A stretch of 64,000 nt of DNA from Marsupella aquatica (taxonomy: Eukaryota; Plantae; Marchantiophyta). This document shows positions 47,010-58,099 of the stretch, in pieces. A program made the position numbers and the translations under genes. Under the pieces are notes generated by a model, which saw nothing but the letters and a program-made list of their open reading frames with translations, was not told the DNA's origin and made no database searches. Each line of letters opens with the position of its first letter. The stretch's first letter is position 1. Location: assembly GCA_973895155.1 (NCBI GenBank), contig OZ316895.1:20164803-20228802 (forward strand). The letters run 5' to 3'.

Positions 47010-50003
47010 ATGACTGACCTTACGCCGAGGGAAGAAAGAGTGATTCAACGGGAGAGAGCTCGACTGCAGCAGCTCGCCGGGTGGCATGATACACAGCGAC
47101 TGAGAGGGGCAGAAAGAGCTGGTAGCTCCGAAACTGGAAGTGGCATCGAAGAAGACATACCAGAAGAAGAGTCGGTAAGGAGAAGTGAGTCTCCAACCGA
47201 CATGGGGGAACCAGAGGCACGGCCAGACGAGAGGCCAGGGACCAGATTGAGCCAGCGGTCGCGCATACATTACAAGGCATTTCATGGGAGAGGAGATGAG
47301 GATCCGGACGAATGGTTGGATGATTTCGAGGGAACCGCTGCAGCAAATGGAGAATCGGCCATCAAGATGCAGATTCTTCCCGGCCTGTTCAAGGGTGAGG
47401 CTAGGCCTTGGTACAGAGCATTAGATGTGGAAGATCAAGCCATCTGGGATATCTTCAAAACACTTTTTGTTAAGGAGTTTCGACCCATTGGAACTTCAGA
47501 ACTAGCAGTGCTGAAGTTGGGACAACTTCGGTTCAAGGAGAACAAATCCTTCAGAAAGTTCTTGCAACGCTTTCAGAAACTGGTAAGACGTACAAAGACC
47601 AATGCATCTGAAGGTATGCAACTTCAATGGTTGGTGAATGCTTTGCCACAGAAGATGAGTTTTGCAATTAGGAAGGAGAACCCGGAGACTTTAGCCGAAG
47701 CAATTAAGGATATTCAATTATACATTAATGCAGATATCACAAGCCGGAAGAAATAGCTTAAGTCTGAGAGTTCCTCATCAGAGGAGGGATCACCCCATAA
47801 GAAAAAAGATAAGAAGAAGAAACATTCCAAGAAGTCTAGAAGTGATAAGTCAAGCTCGGATAGTGGGAGTAGCAAGAGTGAGTCATCTTCTAGTTCTGAA
47901 GAAGAAAAAACTAGGAAAAGGAAGGGCAGAAGGAGAGGGAAGACGAAAGTCAAGATGGAGGCTAAGCCACCAGATAACATCGTAGCCCTTACCGAGCAAC
48001 TTAAGGCTATCATTGCAGAGGTAAAACCAAAGAAGAAGGTAGTACAGGAGGATAGCTCTGTATGGTGTGCCTTATGTTATAAAACCGGACACCATAAAGA
48101 TGCGTGTCCTAAGCTTAATACTAATCATGTTCGGCATGTGGCCGAGATCAGACCATGTCAGGGAGAAGTAGAGTACTTTTTGGGAGATGCCGCTGATAGT
48201 GTTTTCGGCATCAGTGAGACTGGAGCACGAGACCTATCCAACAGACCTGCATCTCTGTGGTCAGGGTTAAGGAACAATCCAGGAGAGATGTATCCTCGGA
48301 TTATTCAGAACCCGTCAGTACCTCCTAGGCCGAATGTGCAAAGATTTGCGGCGTGCTATAATTGTGGTCAACCTGGCCATTTTGCTAGAGAATGCCCGAA
48401 TGCACGCAAACAGGGTGATGGACAACCAGCTCAGCTATGTATGGGATGCCGACAGGAAGGTCATATGCTAGGGCAATGTCCTACTTGGTTGGCAGGCCTG
48501 GCAGCAAATCATAAGCTTTTGCCGATCAAGATCTTACCGCCAGGTACTACCCCCAGAGGAGTTCAAATCAACCACATCGAACTAGGATGGCAAGAGGATG
48601 CCGAGGCAGAGTTCGTACCATCTGATGATGAGGCCGAAGCCCTATCAACCTTCTCAGAGGAGGATTTAGATCATGATTGCTACCGGGTCTCTACTCGATC
48701 TACCAGAAGGAAGGAAAGGTGGGATGGGCTGGCCAAAAATAAAGGGAAGGTTACGGAGGAAAGGATCGACTCTTCGTCAACATCAACAGAAGGAGAAGGG
48801 AGGGCTCCGGCAATACAGGTAAGCCATGAGCCCACCAGTGAAACCAATCCTTCACAAGATAGCGACTTCAATCGAGATCATCCTAAGTTGTTCTACCCCT
48901 CTGTTACGGCTAGTGTTAAGGAACAACTAAGAGAATTAGAAACCCTGGAGAATACCGAAGCCATTGCCAAGGATGTAAAACGAGCAAAAGCATTGTTTGC
49001 TTCGGAAGACCCAACAGCTGTGGAGACTAGCGTGGCAAAACTGGCCGAATCCAAGACGGAAACACCACCAGAAGAGAAGCCGATTGTTCCCTATGACCTG
49101 GCTAAAGATGTACTAGAATCTAGAGTCTCGGCAACAGTAGGTCAACTATTGAAAAATAGCCCGTACTTCCGGAAGCAATTAAGGAAGGCTATTCTCGGCA
49201 AGCCGAGATTACCCAAGGTAGCAACCAGATCCGACGTACTAATGATAGAAGAAGATCAAGGAGCCCCAGCATTACCATTAATGATTCAAGGAGAATTATT
49301 ACTACAGGTACCCATCGATGGAGGATCAGGGGTATGTATTATGATTGATTCAACAGCAAAAGGGTGGGGTCTAACACCGGAGATGACTGGAAGAGTGTTG
49401 AACATGGCCAATGGATATCAGGTCATTCCGACGGGAGTGTTAACCGGCATCAAGACAGAGATAGGAGGTATCTTCTTTAGCATTAACTATGTAGTAATGA
49501 AGCCGGTAAATCCTACGTCATTCCGGCTATTGATTGGTAGGCCATGGCTGTACCTAGCCGAGGTAATAGAAGATTGGGGTAAAAAGCAGTTCACTTTCGG
49601 GACCCCCTCTATCACGGTATCCTGGGACACTAAGGATGACCGTAGGAAAAGCATAAGGGAAGTAGATGGGTACGACAGTGGACTGGAGTCAGCCGATGAA
49701 GTACGTTGGTTAGAATGCCTCACTAACCTAACCGAAGAAGGTGTCTTTGGACCAGAGGTACCCCCCAGCGGATTATGGCAAGAACCAATGGAAGGTGACT
49801 TGGAAGAAGAAGACGAAGAGGTCGAGGACTGCTTTACAATAGAATCCACCTTTTTAGCTGCAATTCCGGAGGAAGTAAAGGATGTAGACCAATTGGATGA
49901 AACGGCTAAGTGGGGAGCAGTAGCAGGGACAGTGGATTTTCTACAGGCGTTGTGGCAGAGCCGACGGGGTCCACAACGCCATCGATCATCGGCAAGGAAT
50001 TAA
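47010..50003 (+). CDS. gag: Gag (capsid, CCHC zinc knuckles) + aspartic protease; one in-frame TAG at 47754-47756
   Basis: Retrotransposon gag-like EDPDEWL..F / ARPWY; knuckles CALCYKTGHHKDAC, CYNCGQPGHFAREC and CMGCRQEGHMLGQC; protease PIDGGSG. ORFs 47010 and 47955 are in the same frame. Confidence 0.88.
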
Positions 50004-53000
50004 ATACCAAGGGATCGGCATACAAGCCGATTACGAGGGCAGAACAAATTGAGGCCCTATTAGAAGCCGAGAGAGCACAGCGGCCTAACTCTCAGGAGCA
50101 AGAGGTGGATGAGATGGACAGACACGATCCAGAGCCAAGGCAGGAAGGGGAGCCGACCACTAATTCAAAACCGAATAGACCGGTAAGGGGACAATCTATG
50201 GACACCAAGGAAGGGACCGACTCGGCTAGTCCAGCCGAGATCCCAGTTTATGGAGGTATGAGATTAGAGAGACTGGAAGCCGAACTGGACCCGAATTTGA
50301 AGAAGCAGATTAATATGATCCAAGCACGGCAATATCGGAAGCTCGACTTAGGAGAGGGAAGAGAACTGAACTTAGGGAGAAACCTAGCACCTGAGCTCGA
50401 GAAAGAGATCAGTGACTTATTGATTGAATTTCAGGATGTGTTTGCATGGAGTCACCAAGATCTAAAGGGAGTAGATCCAACACTAGGGGAACATCGAATT
50501 GATCTCATGTTAGGAGCCAAATCATTTCGACAACCAATTCGAAGGATGAACCCGAAGTATTCCCTGCTGGTCAAAACAGAAATCGACAAACTAGTGGAAG
50601 CTGGATTCATCACTCCAGTCCTGCATTCAGACTGGGTGTCTCCAATTGTGATAGTTCCCAAGAAAGCTGGACCCGATGGTAAACCCAAGATCCGGGTTTG
50701 TCAGGATTACAGGAAGCTGAATGAAGCAACATTAAAAGACCATTTTCCTTTACCGTTTACTGATATGGTACTAGACATGGTAGCCAGTCATGAACTATAT
50801 TCATTCATGGATGGATACTCTGGTTATAACCAAATCAGGATTCGGCAGGAAGACCAAATCAAGACGGCCTTCATCACGGAATGGGGGATCTATGTCTTCA
50901 ATCGTATGCCGTTTGGACTCTGCAACGCACCAGCTATGTTCCAACGATTAATGGTGAACATTTTTCATGATTACTTGAGAAAGTTCATGGAAATCTTCAT
51001 TGATGACTTTGCAGTATTCGGGAAGGCATCGAAACATGCTAAATACCTCAGGAAAACCTTCATGAGATGTAGAGAGGTGGGTCTCAAGTTACACCCAGAT
51101 AAATGTTTTTTTGCAGTAACCGAGGGGGTGCTACTAGGTCACAAGGTATCAAGGAAGGGCATTGAGATTGACAAAGGTAAGCTAGCAGTATGGCTAGATA
51201 TCATGCAACCTAAGAACATAAAGGATGTAAGATCCTTCTTGGGATGCATTGGTTACTATCGCCGGTTCATCAAGGATTTTGCCAAGCTGGCTTTACCATT
51301 AACCAATATGCTCAAGGCAGGAGCAGACTTCGAACCCACACCCGAACGAGTCACAGCGGTGGTAGAATTGAAGCAGATGTTAGTAGAGGCCCCAGTCATG
51401 ATAGCACCGGACTGGAACAAAGATTTTCATGTTTTTGTAGATGTCTCGGGCTTCTGTATTGGCTTAGTACTAAGTCAGTTGGATGAGAAAGGAAGGGACC
51501 ATCCCATATACTTCGCAAGCCATCAGCTTGCCGATGCCGAACGGAACTACTCTACCACGGAAAGAGAAGCATTAGGAGTCATTTATTCTTGTAAAAAGTT
51601 TAGGCATTATTTACTAGGGTACAAGGTAATCTTTCATACTGATCATGAAAGTTTGAAGTACCTAGTCAATAAGCCGGACCTTACAGGCAGAGTAGCAAGA
51701 TGGATTTTGCTATTACAGGAGTTTGACTATGAGCTGAGGATCAAGCCGGGAAAGTTACATGCCAATGCCGACTTCTTTTCAAGGATCACAGGTAAACCTG
51801 CCACGGATTGCATCGATGATCGATTCCCCGACGAGGAGCTATTCGTTGTGGAAATAGCTGGTACATGGTACCCTGAGATTTTACAATTTCTCAGCACTTC
51901 CAGATTACAGCCAGGATTAAGCCGAGAGCAAGCCGCAGTCTTTGTGCGGAAGGTCAGACAGTATCAGTGCATTAAAGGCATACTGCACAAGCATGGAATC
52001 AACGGCACGATTCAAAGGTGTTTGGAAAAGAGAGAGGTAAAACGAGTCCTACGGGCCATGCATGGAGAGGAGGCCGGAGGACATTTTGCCCCAGTAACCA
52101 CGTCTAAGAAGATATTAAATGCCGGTTACTGGTGGCCCACCTTGCACAAAGATGTCTATCAGTTTATCAAACAATGCGATCCTTGTCAACGAGCGGGAGG
52201 ACCAAGGGCGTCCACCAGGCATCCACTGCACCCTATTCTACCTCTGGCACCATTCGAGAAGTGGGGTATTGATTACATTGGACCTCTGAAACCACTGACC
52301 CACCCTCGATGGAACAAGTACATAATCCTGGCTACGGATTATGCAACTAAATGGGTAGAGGCCAGACCAACAACGAAGGATGATGCAATTACTACGGCTA
52401 GATTCATGTATGAGCAGATCTTCACCAGGTATGGAGCACCCCTAGAATTAGTTAGTGATAGAGGAACCCATTTTTTGAATGATATAATTAGTCGTTTAAA
52501 TGAGCAGTATTTAGTTAAACATAGGCCTACTACTCCCTACCATCCAAAGGCAAACGGGTTGACAGAACGAGCAAACGGAATCATAGGAAAGATATTGAAC
52601 AAGACAGTAGCTCAGAACAAACTCGATTGGGATGATAAATTGTTTGCTGCTGTTTTTGCTTACAATCTTGCCTATAAATCCACTACCGGTCATACACCCT
52701 TCTTCTTAACCTTTGGACAAGAAGCCCTGGTACCCATGCAACTTGAGATACCGACATTTCAAGTTACAATTGAGGAAAGAGCCTCAGCGGAGGAGAGCCT
52801 AAAGGAGCGAGAATATAGGTTAGAAGCTTTAGAGGAAGCGAGAATGATTTCAGCCGAGAGAGTAGAATATAGACAGAATATCATGAAGCAGCAGTATGAT
52901 AAAAGGTTAAAAGTAGTTAGTATTCATACCGGTGATCTTGTGCTACTTTATGACAGTAGGTATAGTAGGTTTCCAGGAAAGCTTTACACTCGCTGGTTAG

Positions 53001-53176
53001 GACCCTTTAGAGTAACCATGATGTTCCCCAATGGCTCCGTACAATTGGCCAACATTACGGGAGAGGTATATCCAGTTCGCATCCATTATGACCGCCTCAA
53101 GAAATACTATATGGACGAAGATGAAGTTGTTCGCGAGGATGCTTCACAATTAAGTGGGGAGCTATGTGATGCCTAG
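49910..53176 (+). CDS. pol: Pol: reverse transcriptase, RNase H, integrase
   Basis: RVCQDYRKLN, MDGYSGYNQI, MPFGLCNAP, FIDDF; RNase H DVSGF..YSTTEREAL..TDH; integrase H-H-C-C, WGIDY, VSDRG, NGLTER, WLGPF. Confidence 0.95.
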   Translation: MGSSSRDSGFSTGVVAEPTGSTTPSIIGKELNTKGSAYKPITRAEQIEALLEAERAQRPNSQEQEVDEMDRHDPEPRQEGEPTTNSKPNRPVRGQSMDTKEGTDSASPAEIPVYGGMRLERLEAELDPNLKKQINMIQARQYRKLDLGEGRELNLGRNLAPELEKEISDLLIEFQDVFAWSHQDLKGVDPTLGEHRIDLMLGAKSFRQPIRRMNPKYSLLVKTEIDKLVEAGFITPVLHSDWVSPIVIVPKKAGPDGKPKIRVCQDYRKLNEATLKDHFPLPFTDMVLDMVASHELYSFMDGYSGYNQIRIRQEDQIKTAFITEWGIYVFNRMPFGLCNAPAMFQRLMVNIFHDYLRKFMEIFIDDFAVFGKASKHAKYLRKTFMRCREVGLKLHPDKCFFAVTEGVLLGHKVSRKGIEIDKGKLAVWLDIMQPKNIKDVRSFLGCIGYYRRFIKDFAKLALPLTNMLKAGADFEPTPERVTAVVELKQMLVEAPVMIAPDWNKDFHVFVDVSGFCIGLVLSQLDEKGRDHPIYFASHQLADAERNYSTTEREALGVIYSCKKFRHYLLGYKVIFHTDHESLKYLVNKPDLTGRVARWILLLQEFDYELRIKPGKLHANADFFSRITGKPATDCIDDRFPDEELFVVEIAGTWYPEILQFLSTSRLQPGLSREQAAVFVRKVRQYQCIKGILHKHGINGTIQRCLEKREVKRVLRAMHGEEAGGHFAPVTTSKKILNAGYWWPTLHKDVYQFIKQCDPCQRAGGPRASTRHPLHPILPLAPFEKWGIDYIGPLKPLTHPRWNKYIILATDYATKWVEARPTTKDDAITTARFMYEQIFTRYGAPLELVSDRGTHFLNDIISRLNEQYLVKHRPTTPYHPKANGLTERANGIIGKILNKTVAQNKLDWDDKLFAAVFAYNLAYKSTTGHTPFFLTFGQEALVPMQLEIPTFQVTIEERASAEESLKEREYRLEALEEARMISAERVEYRQNIMKQQYDKRLKVVSIHTGDLVLLYDSRYSRFPGKLYTRWLGPFRVTMMFPNGSVQLANITGEVYPVRIHYDRLKKYYMDEDEVVREDASQLSGELCDA
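53152..53161 (+). promoter_or_regulatory. Polypurine tract
   Basis: AAGTGGGGAG just upstream of the 3' LTR TG. Confidence 0.6.
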
Positions 53177-56100
53177 ACAGGAATCACTCGGCCGGTTAAG
53201 TGGGTAAAGCAGGAAGGCACCCTAGGAACACCTTAGTATAGGGACAAAACAAGGAAAATATAAACAATTAGGGGCAACCATGGAACCCGAGCAGAGGCCG
53301 GAGGTAAGGCTGAGGGTGAAAACCCGATTAGGGTTAGGGCGCGTTAAGCGTCGGCGGCTAGGAAGGATCAACGGGAAGAAGGACCGGCAGAGGAGAGGGG
53401 TAAGGAGCGCTTGCAGGAGATGGTGGCTCATTTGCGAGCACGAACTAGGCAGACGACTACGGGAGGCCAACTACTGTCAGTTGCTTAGGCAAGCACTCGG
53501 GGAGAAAGTAGATACCGACGATCGACCTAAGGAGGGTATGAGCAACGTCAATCAAGCGGCACATTTCTGGGGATGCCTGTTCGAACGGGCAACTGAGTAC
53601 ATCAAGACTTACGAGGACGAGGAGTCAGAAAGGGCAGCTCGAGAACGGCAGGAGCTCGCTCGATTGTGGGAGCTGCAGAAGACGGCTTTCTTAGGAGGCG
53701 AACTCATCAAGGACAAGTTCTTGTGGACGCCTACTTCCAATCAACTCGACGATCTTCTGTTTTGCAAAGACAGCGTCGTCGGCATCCGAGAGGCCATCAA
53801 GAACTGCAACGACATACACTGGGAATTAAAGGGTAGCACGGAAAGGTGGACCCAGGCAACGGTGCTAGGAGAAACCTCCACGGCAGCAGAGATGAAGAGG
53901 AAGGGAGCCGTCAACGATGAAGCCACCCCGGCAAAAAGAACGAGGTCGGCGGCACCAAAGAAGCCAGCCGAGCAGCAGAGCAGGAGGCAGGGAGAAGCCG
54001 AAGAGGAGGAGGTCGATCCCATCAAGGCCATTCCAACCAGGGATGACACCTGGAAGGGCTGGGCGGCAACCCTACCGGTGGAGGTGCAACTACATTTTGC
54101 ACGGGAGGAGGATGCATGCTTTACGGCCATGCAGACCAAGAAGTACCAAGGCTTCATGGCCGGATCCGGCTTGGAGACCTTTGTAAGATTACCATGGCTG
54201 AAGCCGGAGGTACCGGAGTCAGACCTATTAGAATTCGTGGGGTCATGGGAACCCGAGACCAATTGCACGAGGATATATGGGAAGGATTTCTATCTTACTC
54301 CCAAGGTAATTGCCGAAGTGTTTGGCCTGCCGATAGGCAATAAGACCAAAGTTGATACCAGGAAGACCTTGCCTGACAAGGAGTTCCGGTCGTTCCCCGG
54401 GCCATCAACGAAGAATGGCTTCTTCCGGAACACCTGCACCAACCCGCACATAGGAGAGATGATCGACTTCTTGCGGGTGACCATGCATTGTAACTTGCCG
54501 AGGGCAGAGATCGGCAAGGCACAGGTCTATCTGGCAGAAAGGCCAGACCCAAGCCGGGACTACAACGGGTACCTCCTCAACCAATTGAAGAAGATCTTAA
54601 AGGAGGAGCAGCAGGTAATCGGCATGGGGAGCGTGTCGCGGCTTGGCTATCACATGCCGCTGTTGTGCCGGTATGCCAGAGGTCAGACTTTTGCCCCGGT
54701 ACTTCCCCTGCAGGTAAGGGCACCCGAGGAAGCTCCAACGCCGAGGCCGTTGGCTGAGAAGCCTCAACCACCTGTTAGTCCTACGATCGAGCAGGTGTTT
54801 AGGCCCAGGAAGGAAGACTTGCCGATGCAGCAACCAGGCATGCAGAGTCTGCTGAAACTACTGGAGAAAGAAAAGAAATCGGCATCGGCAACAACAACGG
54901 CAACGGCAACAATGCAGGACACTACTATAGAGGTAGGCCTACACCGGCTCACAAGAGAAAACCCCTTTGCTGGAGACAAGGAGAGAATCAGGCCGGAATC
55001 CAAGCCAGGTGTTCGAATGTATGTGGGAACCTCAAGCTCCGAATCTGAGGCAGAATTGCCTGAAGCTCCTACCAACGAAGAGGAGAGGGAGAAGCCGGAC
55101 GTCCAAGAGGTAGAGGAGGCAGTGGAGGACTGTAGCCATGATAATTCCGGCTATGGGTCGGACCATCACGTTCCAGGAGTAAGGACCTGTGGCCGGTTTG
55201 TCCCCACACTTCCAAGGGTAGTGCGAGGGGACCCCAACCAGCAGAGTAGCCCTAAGTCTCCCCCACCAGATGTTGCTCCCCCGAGCTTCGACGGCATAAA
55301 ACAGACGGTGCAGGAATTTCAGGAGCGAATCAAGCAGGAGGAGGAGGCCGCCCTGGCTAAGGAAAAGGATTTACCAGGAGGAGATTGGCCGGAGGACATC
55401 AGGCGGCTAGCCGAAAAAGGAAGCAAACCTCTAGCCATGATTGAAGAGATCCGCAGGACGGCTTGGGAGCAGAGGCCACGATGGGCGATGCCGATCACTT
55501 CTACTTACTCCACCTACGCTAAGAATAGAGCCATGGAGTATGGTGAGATGTGTGGGGAACTTGCGCTCGGCATCTTTGGAGAGGAGTTGGAGGTAGGACC
55601 CTTTTTCCATAGGGAGCAGTTGGAGAAGCACCAATTAGAAGAAGCGGTGGCTTTAGAGAGAAGCAAGAAGGACGAGGTCATTCGGCGGCTTAGGAGGATG
55701 GAAGCCGAGATTGAAGATCTAAGGGCGGCCAAGAAAGCCCAAGATGAACTGCGGATTAAACGACATGAGCTGAACATCATGCAGGGGCAGTTGGACACCG
55801 CGCAGGCTGATAATCAGAATATCAAGGATAAACTGACTCAGACGCAGGAAGAGTTGGCCGACACGATCAAAGAGAGGGAGAAGTGGAAGCAAGAGCTGAA
55901 GAATACAGAGGAGGCCCACATAACAGCCAACAACCGGGCCATGGCGGAGACCCAAAGAAAGGAATGGGCGTTGAAAGGGGAGCTCGAGAAAATCCGCGGA
56001 GCCCTTGAGCAGAAGGAGGTCGAGTTAGGGAAATCCTATCAAGGGATTATGGCGCTGCAGCAGGAGCTTGCGTCCCTGACGGCCAGCTTCAAGGCCGACC

Positions 56101-57791
56101 TAAGGGAGAAGGACGAGATGCTCGAACAGACTTACGCCAAGATGAACCAGATGGAGTCTGTCATCATTGCAGAGCTCGACAAGGAGCTAAGAGCAACCCA
56201 GGAGGAGAGGGCTACCTTGAAGAAGGAATTGGAGGAAGCCCACAGGGAGCAGGAGGAGGCCAAAAATGAGCTGGAGGGGGCACGTAAGGACCTGGATGAA
56301 ACCCAAGAGGAGTTGGAGGAAATCACGAGGAAGATGGAGAACCTACAGCGGCGGGCCGACAACCAAACAGAGCGGCTGAAGAAACAAGCCGCAGTATTTA
56401 AATGCTTAGCTGCAGCAGGTCCATCTCCCGTTGGGACAAACCAGTTACCAGGGGTGGTAATTGCCGAAGGACAAGCCGCGCCAACTGCACCAGTGCCGGA
56501 AGTAAGTGGGAAGGGGAAGGGACCAGCTGCCGAGCCACCAACGAAGAAGAAGCGGAAACCTCCAGGGTCAAGGAGTAATACGACTTCACAGGCCGTGGTG
56601 ATCAAGGAGGTAGACCCAGCACCGACCCCAGACAGGGTCACGGCTAGGGATCCAACTACCCTAGGGGAAGGGGAGGCCGAAGCCGAGGGAGTGGCTGAGG
56701 CCGAAGCCGTGGGTATTGCCGAGGCCGGTGTCGAGGCTGAAGCCGAAGGTGGACCCAGTCAGGCCGATGGAGAGTTGACTCAGTCAAGGGCAGGTAATCT
56801 GTCAGAGAATGAACCTATGGCAGTGGCTGAGGAGGAAGCGTTGGGGGCGTCCATTAAGGATCCACCACCGGTGTCGTGACGGTGCAAGGGCGCCGTTCCT
56901 TTTAGGGAGGGCGGACGTGGAGGGAGGAGGCGTGAGTGGGCAGGGCGGGCGCGGATCTCCACGTTTAGGATTAGGATCAGAACCGGGAGCGGCCCTGACA
57001 CTTAGCTTAGTGGGATTGCGGTCCCACTGGTAGGAGCAACACTTGTGCTCCTGCCTTGCTGTACATAGGTAGATTCGGGCAAGTAGATTACTGTTAAGTA
57101 GATTAGGCTTACGATGCAAAGAATGGCGGATCCACTACCAGGATAAGTACCTGGGCAGCGGGGAGCTCAGGGCCTCTTCTTTAGCAAGTTTTTAGTTTGC
57201 ACCAGCCGGGCTGGGATCAAGTAGTACGAGAAGCTCTCGGTTAGTCATACAGTGACCCTTCTGTATATTCATGTTTCCTCATGCCTAAGAGCTGAATAGA
57301 GTTGGCCTCATGGCTTAGTTCGCAGAACTTGTGTATGAGATGTACTGTTTGTATGGCAAGTGCATGGTATGACTCAGTCAGAATGAGTCATTTTGCTATT
57401 TGTGTGTCGCATTAACTTGTGTGAAGAGTGCCCACATCAACAGAAGGAAGGAAAGTAAGCAGGGGAGTGAGAGTTGGATGTGTCGAGCTGAGAGAGGTCT
57501 TAGCGGCTTAACCAAGCCTATTGGGGATCATTCCGGCGGCGGAATCCAAACATACCTAACAAGAAGACAGGGGAAGACAGGGGAAGGCCTATATTAGGCC
57601 GGCTACGTATCTCATGACCCGATGAAGGATCTGTCCAGTATATGTGTGTAAAATGTTAATAGTAGTAGTAGAAAGTTAGCAGCGTCCCATGCCGCTAAGC
57701 CGCGGAAACGGCCTCGCCAAGCACGAAACCTGCGGGAATCGGCTTGAGCTGGGGGGTTTCTTGGGTTTAGGGAGCCATGGGACGCACCACA
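53165..57791 (+). repeat. 3' LTR (4627 bp)
   Basis: Direct repeat of 42314-46940. Confidence 0.96.
53280..56879 (+). CDS. LTR-embedded accessory protein, second copy (1199 aa from the first ATG)
   Basis: Near-identical to the 42687 ORF. The upstream extension is open here (CAA) but stopped (TAA) in the 5' LTR. Confidence 0.85.
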   Translation: MEPEQRPEVRLRVKTRLGLGRVKRRRLGRINGKKDRQRRGVRSACRRWWLICEHELGRRLREANYCQLLRQALGEKVDTDDRPKEGMSNVNQAAHFWGCLFERATEYIKTYEDEESERAARERQELARLWELQKTAFLGGELIKDKFLWTPTSNQLDDLLFCKDSVVGIREAIKNCNDIHWELKGSTERWTQATVLGETSTAAEMKRKGAVNDEATPAKRTRSAAPKKPAEQQSRRQGEAEEEEVDPIKAIPTRDDTWKGWAATLPVEVQLHFAREEDACFTAMQTKKYQGFMAGSGLETFVRLPWLKPEVPESDLLEFVGSWEPETNCTRIYGKDFYLTPKVIAEVFGLPIGNKTKVDTRKTLPDKEFRSFPGPSTKNGFFRNTCTNPHIGEMIDFLRVTMHCNLPRAEIGKAQVYLAERPDPSRDYNGYLLNQLKKILKEEQQVIGMGSVSRLGYHMPLLCRYARGQTFAPVLPLQVRAPEEAPTPRPLAEKPQPPVSPTIEQVFRPRKEDLPMQQPGMQSLLKLLEKEKKSASATTTATATMQDTTIEVGLHRLTRENPFAGDKERIRPESKPGVRMYVGTSSSESEAELPEAPTNEEEREKPDVQEVEEAVEDCSHDNSGYGSDHHVPGVRTCGRFVPTLPRVVRGDPNQQSSPKSPPPDVAPPSFDGIKQTVQEFQERIKQEEEAALAKEKDLPGGDWPEDIRRLAEKGSKPLAMIEEIRRTAWEQRPRWAMPITSTYSTYAKNRAMEYGEMCGELALGIFGEELEVGPFFHREQLEKHQLEEAVALERSKKDEVIRRLRRMEAEIEDLRAAKKAQDELRIKRHELNIMQGQLDTAQADNQNIKDKLTQTQEELADTIKEREKWKQELKNTEEAHITANNRAMAETQRKEWALKGELEKIRGALEQKEVELGKSYQGIMALQQELASLTASFKADLREKDEMLEQTYAKMNQMESVIIAELDKELRATQEERATLKKELEEAHREQEEAKNELEGARKDLDETQEELEEITRKMENLQRRADNQTERLKKQAAVFKCLAAAGPSPVGTNQLPGVVIAEGQAAPTAPVPEVSGKGKGPAAEPPTKKKRKPPGSRSNTTSQAVVIKEVDPAPTPDRVTARDPTTLGEGEAEAEGVAEAEAVGIAEAGVEAEAEGGPSQADGELTQSRAGNLSENEPMAVAEEEALGASIKDPPPVS

Positions 57792-58099
57792 AGAGGGCAA
57801 GGCCGTTTTGGTCATTGATAATGAGCTGAAGTTGGCGTCTCGGTCCAAGCGTGATTCCCTTCCTTAATTCGTAATCATTCAGTCAACTAACCTACTCCTA
57901 ATCTATTCATAATGGCAAAGACGGCTACTTGTGATATTCTACATTACGGCTACGGTCCTAATGACCGTATAAGTCCTAATCTAGGACCTGCGTTCGGTTA
58001 AGTGACACGTTACCCGTGTCACACAAGGATAGAGAGAAGAGCTACTAAACAAGCCCTCTGTCAGTCAGGGGGACTAGTAGAAGGAGAAGTTGAAAACTT

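Larger units (their letters stand above)
42314..57791 (+). mobile_element. Full-length young Ty3/gypsy LTR retrotransposon (non-chromovirus), 15,478 bp
   Basis: 5-bp TSD AGAGG (42309-42313, 57792-57796), near-identical TG...CA LTRs, PBS, PPT, and domain order gag-PR-RT-RH-IN. Confidence 0.96.
38819..58023 (-). mobile_element. Solo-LTR-like segment (~3.7 kb net) with a degraded accessory ORF, split by the full-length gypsy element
   Basis: TGTAGCGGG...CCCGTGTCACA termini, no gag/pol, no clean TSD. Confidence 0.5.

Noticed and set aside
42314-57791. Tandem duplication of a host myosin/SMC-like coiled-coil gene
   Set aside because: The repeat has TG...CA ends, PBS, PPT and a TSD, so it is an LTR pair. 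No motor or ATPase motifs are present.
38811-58030. TSD for the solo-LTR-like segment (AGGAG/AGGAT)
   Set aside because: Mismatched and offset from the TG...CA ends, so the boundaries are left tentative.
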